A DNA stretch of 41,994 nucleotides, from IMG/VR virus record IMGVR_UViG_3300032104_000038, positions 1-41,994 of that record. The stretch is one strand, 5' to 3'. Below are positions 37,018 through 41,994 of this stretch, in pieces; within the stretch, counting starts at the first letter, position 1, and every line of letters begins with the position of its first letter. Made by a program: the position numbers and the translations under genes. The notes beneath the pieces were generated by a model. The model made no database searches, was not told the origin of the DNA, and saw only the letters and a program-made list of their open reading frames with translations. The DNA comes from a virus. Its lineage: Duplodnaviria; Caudoviricetes.

Positions 37018-37359
37018 TCAGAATCCCTCTTCTTTCAAAAACCCCTCTAGGTCACTCACAGATCGTACTATCATAGCCAGTCCCCCACTATCGTCTACAG
37101 CTTGCAGGAAGGCCTCCTGGTGCTCCGAAACCTTCCCCTTTGGGGTCTTGCACTCCACAGCCATAAAACGCCCCACAACGCCTTGTGGAGTCATACAAGG
37201 TACTATGCCTAATATGTCCGATACACCCTTCATTCCATGGAAGGAGCGATACCCACCCATGTTCTTGTCATACACACCCATATTATTCACCCGGAAGGCA
37301 AAAATACCTTTTAGAGAAAGGAGTTCTAAGCAACTTTTGACAACATCAGATTCACTCAT
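37018..37359 (-). CDS. VRR-NUC nuclease
   Basis: MSESD, GVSDI, AVECK.PKGK.S..Q..F. Confidence 0.85.
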   Translation of the reverse strand: MSESDVVKSCLELLSLKGIFAFRVNNMGVYDKNMGGYRSFHGMKGVSDILGIVPCMTPQGVVGRFMAVECKTPKGKVSEHQEAFLQAVDDSGGLAMIVRSVSDLEGFLKEEGF

Positions 37360-37515
37360 CCTGTAAAGGAAAGTATACACATTGTAGAAGACTAACTACT
37401 GACAACACCTTCTGCATGACACCAACCATACCACACAGTAAACTATCTAGTTACTTATGGAAAAACCTTGTGGAGTTTGTGGCAATCAGAATAAGTTTTG
37501 TCTTTTTGTTAAACT

Positions 37516-37737
37516 TCATTCTTGTTCCACATATGGATGCTCCGAGAACCCTGTCTGTTCGTATCGTCTGCTTTCTATTTCTGGAAACCAAAGATGAAAA
37601 ATCTCACACCTCTTTTTGTAGGTCATATCATCAATCTTCTCTTGAATCTCATGGTTCTCCCTCACTTGAGAATCCAATTCTCGTAATTTTGCAAGTCGTT
37701 GTTCCAGCTCATTATCTGATATGCCCATTTTAACCAC
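37516..37737 (-). CDS. Hypothetical protein
   Basis: Coiled-coil-like; operon strand. Confidence 0.5.
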   Translation of the reverse strand: MVKMGISDNELEQRLAKLRELDSQVRENHEIQEKIDDMTYKKRCEIFHLWFPEIESRRYEQTGFSEHPYVEQE

Positions 37738-37902
37738 TGGTGACTTTCTGGAGAAGGATACGGAGTGACTGTCGCACTATGGCATCAGAAATATGCTCGA
37801 TTTGGTCTCTCACGATTTTGTGCATGAGGCTGTATCTTTTTATTTCCTCCACCTGTTCAAGGAGGCAAAGCAGGTCTTGTTCCCGCTCCTGATCACTGTA
37901 GG

Positions 37903-38142
37903 TCATGGCAAATATTTTGCATTAGGATCAGGAAGATCATCACAAGCCAAATTGAAAACTTCAACGAGCACTTCTCTGAATTCTCCTGTGTAGGAATCCA
38001 CTATTTTCCATGCCTCTTTTATCTGTGTAGTCTGAACAAGCTGAGTGACTTCATCCTGTACCTTCTGTTCATTTAAGCGATTAGCCAAGCCCATATCCCC
38101 TTCAACATCATGTGGGTTATTATGGACGGTGCGCTGATCCAT
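37903..38142 (-). CDS. Hypothetical protein (start MDQRTVH)
   Basis: Extended -10 TGATAAGAT 7 nt before ATG. Confidence 0.6.
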   Translation of the reverse strand: MDQRTVHNNPHDVEGDMGLANRLNEQKVQDEVTQLVQTTQIKEAWKIVDSYTGEFREVLVEVFNLACDDLPDPNAKYLP

Positions 38143-38195
38143 GGTCTTGATCTTATCACAAAACGATAATACTTGCAGCATGATATATTGAAAGC

Positions 38196-38645
38196 ATGGA
38201 GTTTCCTGAAATCAAGCAGAAGGAGAGTGTGGAAAAGAGAATGAACAGACTCAAGAAAAATATTCTCAGAGCGATAGCCGCTATCGGACTTTCACCCTTG
38301 ATAATTCCCATAAGTCATGGCATACAGATATACGGGATCGAAAAGGAGTGTGAAGCCATACGGAAGAGATCAGTAAAGACCCTTGACCCTGATGCTGTTG
38401 TTTCCAAGGTTCTTGCGAAGGCGAGAGTGGAACTTCAATCGGGCAAGGGGGGACTGGGGTGGGTATTGGGAGACTTTAGCACGGAGAACGGAAAAGCTCG
38501 CTGCGGAGGATACGCACGGTTCTATTCTGAGAAACTATCGGCAGAGGGGTTCCAAACAGATATTTGTCTTACTGTTGCCAATTGGCAATTGCATTATTAT
38601 TGCCAAGCGCAGATGGATGGGGAGACTTGGGAACTTACGCCCTAA
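38196..38645 (+). CDS. Membrane-anchored transglutaminase-like protein (putative)
   Basis: TM ILRAIAAIGLSPLIIP; RCGGYA, HYY, WELTP spacing resembles a Cys-His-acid triad. Confidence 0.5.
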   Translation: MEFPEIKQKESVEKRMNRLKKNILRAIAAIGLSPLIIPISHGIQIYGIEKECEAIRKRSVKTLDPDAVVSKVLAKARVELQSGKGGLGWVLGDFSTENGKARCGGYARFYSEKLSAEGFQTDICLTVANWQLHYYCQAQMDGETWELTP

Positions 38646-38839
38646 GCATTGGTGCGGGGTAGGTTACTCGCTTCTTATTTCATTAGCAGCTTGAGTGAAT
38701 AAGTCATTTATAGCTTCGAGTTGCTCTTTCTTTAAGTGATTACTTCTGTTTTGTTTCTTCTCAAATTTTTTGTAGGCTTTATTGACAAGAAAAATTCTGT
38801 GAGTGTTCGTTCAACAGGGTAAAAAGAAAAACGACTTGA

Positions 38840-39094
38840 CTACTTTTGGAACAAAGAAAGAAAGAACTCCATAAGGGTCATGTTTTTGGCCTTATAGTCC
38901 TTATCAAGTATTGCATTCACAATAGTATTGTAAGCAACATCAGGGTGCATCTGGTTGTTATGTACCTTGTGGAGAATCCTACGAAGTGAACTTAACTTCA
39001 TGCCCATTCTTTCTTGCTCTCTGCTTTGCTTACGGATTGCCCTACGACTCTTGCGCCGTATCTTCTTAGGTCTTTTGACTTTTGTTCTTGTCAT
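38840..39094 (-). CDS. Basic hypothetical protein (start MTRTKVKRPKK)
   Basis: Arg/Lys-rich N-terminus; start uncertain. Confidence 0.5.
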   Translation of the reverse strand: MTRTKVKRPKKIRRKSRRAIRKQSREQERMGMKLSSLRRILHKVHNNQMHPDVAYNTIVNAILDKDYKAKNMTLMEFFLSLFQK

Positions 39095-39486
39095 AATTAT
39101 CTTAGCTAGGAAACAATCTGACTTCTTTTGATAGAAAGGGCAAACATAGTGTATCATGCTTCTCAATGCTCCTCCAATTACACAAAGGAAAGTGCATAAC
39201 CTGTAAGAAGGAATTTGACACAACAGGACTTCCTCCAATGATAGCTTTCCAGTCATTCGAGTACCCCGAAGGAGAAACCACAGTCCCTATCCACATAGAA
39301 GCAAGGTTCTGTAAGAAATGTATAAGGAAGATCAAGGATTCTGTTATTCCTTTTCCATCCCAAAAGACCTAAGGATATCAGAAAGTTTTTGTTCGTCAGT
39401 CTTCTCTTCACTTTTCTTCCACTTCTGGCATCTCTGACAAAGCTGATATTCTTTATCATGGAAGGACATTTGTAGACCACAGCAAT

Positions 39487-39672
39487 TCATAACAGAATAA
39501 AGAATGAAAGAAGAGAAACCTTAATCATGTCACCCATCTTCTCTTCGATACAAGAGGGACAAATATTAAGAATCATGTGTTTCTTGCAAATCTCCAAGTT
39601 GTTATGTGGCCATCCTTTATACTCCTTTTTGCAATGAGTACACTTAGGTGTTGTGACTTGTATGGCTACCAT
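39487..39672 (-). CDS. Small Zn-finger protein
   Basis: CTHC...CPSC; downstream of the replication gene. Confidence 0.45.
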   Translation of the reverse strand: MVAIQVTTPKCTHCKKEYKGWPHNNLEICKKHMILNICPSCIEEKMGDMIKVSLLSFFILL

Positions 39673-39698
39673 AATATAATTGAGTAAAGAATAAAAAT

Positions 39699-40316
39699 CT
39701 AGTGCTTTTCATGTAATTGACTAGCTAGAGTAAATATAGCAGAAGGCGTTTTCCCGTGGCGGCCATTTTCAAACTTCTTCCATGCTTTTTCAACACAAAG
39801 GTCACAAGTGTCTTCGGTCATCCTGTCGATATACCCGTCTACACTTTCCACCCCGTTGTTGGCGATCCAACTTTTCATTTTAGCACTTACGTTAGTAGTT
39901 TCTTTTACTTTAGTTTCCTTTCCTTTCCTTTTATCGCTAGAGGTAGCCTTAGGGTTCCCTAGGTTCTTGGCTTTCTTTAGACCACCTATCCTACCGAACT
40001 CTCTTTGTTTCTCAATATATTCATCTCTTTGTGCTATTTGGTTGATGACCCTGTTGGATTTTATTCCCCCATTGTTTGTAGGGTCGAGTAAGGCTACCCT
40101 AAGGCAAGTCTTAACAACTGATTCTAGCTTTGTGAAATTCTCATTTATGGAGAAGGCGAAGGCTTTGATGTCCGTGATTTCCCCATTGCCCCTGTGCATA
40201 GCTTCAATTATCATCCAATAGATGCCATATCCATATGCACCATGCTCTAGGCGCAGTTGAGTTATCTTTTCGTCGTTTCTGGCCTCTTCGTCGTGCTGGA
40301 AGTAGTGTTTCTTCAT
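39699..40316 (-). CDS. Replication initiator / replisome organizer (DUF4373/Lin1244-like)
   Basis: YFQHD..ARND.KI..L...HG..GYGIYW.IIE, then GRIGG and a low-complexity linker. Confidence 0.8.
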   Translation of the reverse strand: MKKHYFQHDEEARNDEKITQLRLEHGAYGYGIYWMIIEAMHRGNGEITDIKAFAFSINENFTKLESVVKTCLRVALLDPTNNGGIKSNRVINQIAQRDEYIEKQREFGRIGGLKKAKNLGNPKATSSDKRKGKETKVKETTNVSAKMKSWIANNGVESVDGYIDRMTEDTCDLCVEKAWKKFENGRHGKTPSAIFTLASQLHEKH

Positions 40317-40349
40317 GGCACCACAACAGTAAAAGCCGCCCACGAAAAA

Positions 40350-40397
40350 GCTGTTGAGCAATCGCAGACGGCCATTACTGGTGTGGTGCTCAACAGC
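40350..40397 (-). terminator. Terminator/attenuator-like hairpin in the replication-gene leader
   Basis: 11-bp perfect IR GCTGTTGAGCA/TGCTCAACAGC followed by TTTTT on the - strand. Confidence 0.55.
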
Positions 40398-40459
40398 ATC
40401 AGCCCCGTAATACACACCTTTTGTAGAAATACAAGGACTTTCTGTGATATACTGAGATT

Positions 40460-40600
40460 ATGAAAGAGCATGATTGCGAAGAGGAACTACAGGTACATCA
40501 AGTATTGTTTGAGCACTTCTCTTGTGAAAAGTGCGGATATGAGGCATTTATTAGAGCAGAGAAAGATTTAACAGAAGAGGACTTAGCAGAGCGCAAGTGA
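40460..40600 (+). CDS. Small Zn-ribbon protein (46 aa)
   Basis: HDC...CEKCGY; TGATATACT 6 nt before ATG; hand-translated. Confidence 0.55.
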   Translation: MKEHDCEEELQVHQVLFEHFSCEKCGYEAFIRAEKDLTEEDLAERK

Positions 40601-40630
40601 GGCTTTGTTGTGCGGATTCCAAAAGGGGGG

Positions 40631-40659
40631 GTGCAAATTGCCCATACCCTTGCTACACT
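40631..40659 (+). promoter_or_regulatory. Promoter with extended -10
   Basis: GTGCAA-17-TACACT with TG at the extended position. Confidence 0.6.
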
Positions 40660-40666
40660 ATAACCA

Positions 40667-40752
40667 GGTGACACTGAGCAAGTCCTACGACAGTGTATGC
40701 TGTGTCGGTAGGTAATAAACTCTAACGAGAACGAGGCATACTAGGTGTCACC
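40667..40752 (+). ncRNA. Candidate structured RNA / leader with possible pseudoknot
   Basis: Closing stem GGTGACAC/GTGTCACC, inner stem, and loop GTATGC complementary to GCATAC. Confidence 0.45.
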
Positions 40753-40846
40753 GCGCTGTAAATCCTCTTCTGTCGCTCTACCGAATGGCGGGGCAATCTG
40801 GCAGTTGGGGTTTGTGCTGGGGATTAAAGGTGGTTACAATTAAGTC

Positions 40847-41053
40847 ATGTCGAGTGACAATTACCTCTACATCTGGAAGCACAAAGACGGAAAGTACCGG
40901 GGATGTGACTTGTGCGCTTCTGAGGAACATGAATGGGAACCAAAAGCAAACCCGGTCTTTGAAGAAAACACACTGGAAGAGGCGATAAAAAGAGGGCAAG
41001 ACTATTGTGATAATGAAATAGTGGAATATGGAATGCACTTCGGAAATCTATGA
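40847..41053 (+). CDS. Hypothetical protein
   Basis: TLEEAI...IVEYG; coupled to the next gene. Confidence 0.65.
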   Translation: MSSDNYLYIWKHKDGKYRGCDLCASEEHEWEPKANPVFEENTLEEAIKRGQDYCDNEIVEYGMHFGNL

Positions 41054-41334
41054 AAAACCCCAGTGACAAATATCCGATTGTACTTATTGAATGGGTAGAT
41101 GCCTATGGAAGTAATGAATGGCTGGACGAAGATGAAGTGGATGAAAATCACTTGAATAGGAAAAAATCTCTTGTGTTTAACATCGGATGGTTACTTAGGA
41201 AAAATAGAGAAGTATATGTGATTTCCCCCATGCTTGATCAGAACAAGTCCAACTGGGCTCATGTTGAAACTTTACCAAGACAATGGTGTAAGATCAAAGT
41301 GCTTGCATCACCAAGAAAGAAGAGTAAGATATAG
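41050..41334 (+). CDS. Conserved phage hypothetical protein
   Basis: IVLIEWVDA...IGWLL motif. Confidence 0.7.
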   Translation: MKNPSDKYPIVLIEWVDAYGSNEWLDEDEVDENHLNRKKSLVFNIGWLLRKNREVYVISPMLDQNKSNWAHVETLPRQWCKIKVLASPRKKSKI

Positions 41335-41452
41335 CTATCGCACTCCACGTTCACAACCCCCGGCGTAAAAGAGCAATCCGCAAGAAACGTAAATCTACCA
41401 AGAAGAAGAAATAATTGCAAAAGAAAGGGAAGTAATGCTAAGGTAGTGTTTT

Positions 41453-41791
41453 ATGAAAGATTATTCTAAACTATCAGATGAGGAACTTGTAGATGAAGTT
41501 GCTGTAAACGTAATGAAGTGGAAGAAAGACAATGACTTTGATGATGCTGCTCTTGATTATTGGACAGATGGACATATATCACATGGAAATGTAGGAGTGT
41601 GGAATCCTCTCAAAGATTGGAATGATACTTGGAAAGTCGTAGAGAAATATATTGAAAGACAGCCTAACAACGATTTTCATTTTGAAAGTGTACATGGTTC
41701 ATGGGATATTTTTTCCTGCAACAAAGATGAAGTTGTAGCTCATGGCGAAGACCCGCAACGAGTTATTTGTATTGCCGCCCTTAAAGTATGA
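41453..41791 (+). CDS. Phage ABA-sandwich-like protein
   Basis: VAVNVMKW, WNPL.DW..TWKVVEK, ICIAALK. Confidence 0.7.
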   Translation: MKDYSKLSDEELVDEVAVNVMKWKKDNDFDDAALDYWTDGHISHGNVGVWNPLKDWNDTWKVVEKYIERQPNNDFHFESVHGSWDIFSCNKDEVVAHGEDPQRVICIAALKV

Positions 41792-41994
41792 ACAAAAAAG
41801 TCACCCATAGGGCATTAAAACTTGATGAAATAGGAAATGCAGACTGTGCTATCATAGGAGCAAAGTACGATCACAAAACAGGACTAATGCACTTTCTGGA
41901 TATTAGGGATATGAATTGTTTTTGTAAGAGTGAGGGATTTAATAATGATATAGATGTTTGTACTTGTACTTGTGGTTGTGAAGAAAAGGGGAAA
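41788..41994 (+). CDS. Partial ORF running off the window end through the repeat
   Basis: ATGA overlap; 69 open codons ending ...VCTCTCGCEEKGK. Confidence 0.55.
   Translation, partial: MNKKVTHRALKLDEIGNADCAIIGAKYDHKTGLMHFLDIRDMNCFCKSEGFNNDIDVCTCTCGCEEKGK
41944..41994. repeat. Right terminal inverted repeat (51 bp)
   Basis: Exact reverse complement of 5-55. Confidence 0.95.

Noticed and set aside
40753-40770. tRNA-Tyr-like loop CTGTAAA
   Set aside because: No flanking stem or cloverleaf
1-41994. Alternative genetic code (TGA or TAG recoding)
   Set aside because: Long genes are intact in code 11, and TGA stops coincide with ATGA overlaps

Overview
This window looks like a near-complete ~42 kb tailed dsDNA phage genome with a podovirus-like layout (standard genetic code). 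The + strand (1.1-28.4 kb) carries terminases, portal, scaffold, capsid, neck/tail proteins, two ejection-type proteins (one with an M23 peptidase), an amidase endolysin and holin, then large fibre/LamG adhesins. The mostly - strand arm (28.4-40.3 kb) carries four of the five HNH nucleases, NinB-like, SSB/annealing-like, LexA-type HTH and VRR-NUC genes, a DUF4373-like replication initiator, an IS1595 transposase and many small genes. I recognised no integrase, DNA polymerase, helicase, spanin, tRNA or CRISPR array. Most striking points: (1) six genes in the virion module start with signal-peptide/TM-like segments and are rich in [S/T]-G-[S/T/A/G] motifs; (2) the two ends are 51-bp perfect inverted repeats that would join into a 102-bp palindrome; (3) starts I inspected lack Shine-Dalgarno sites and use either a C-tract or apparently leaderless mRNAs; (4) there are several promoter-linked structured RNA candidates, one carrying a tRNA-Trp anticodon-arm sequence. 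A Patescibacteria/CPR-like host is inferred, not shown. Family names come from motif recognition by eye; no searches were run.
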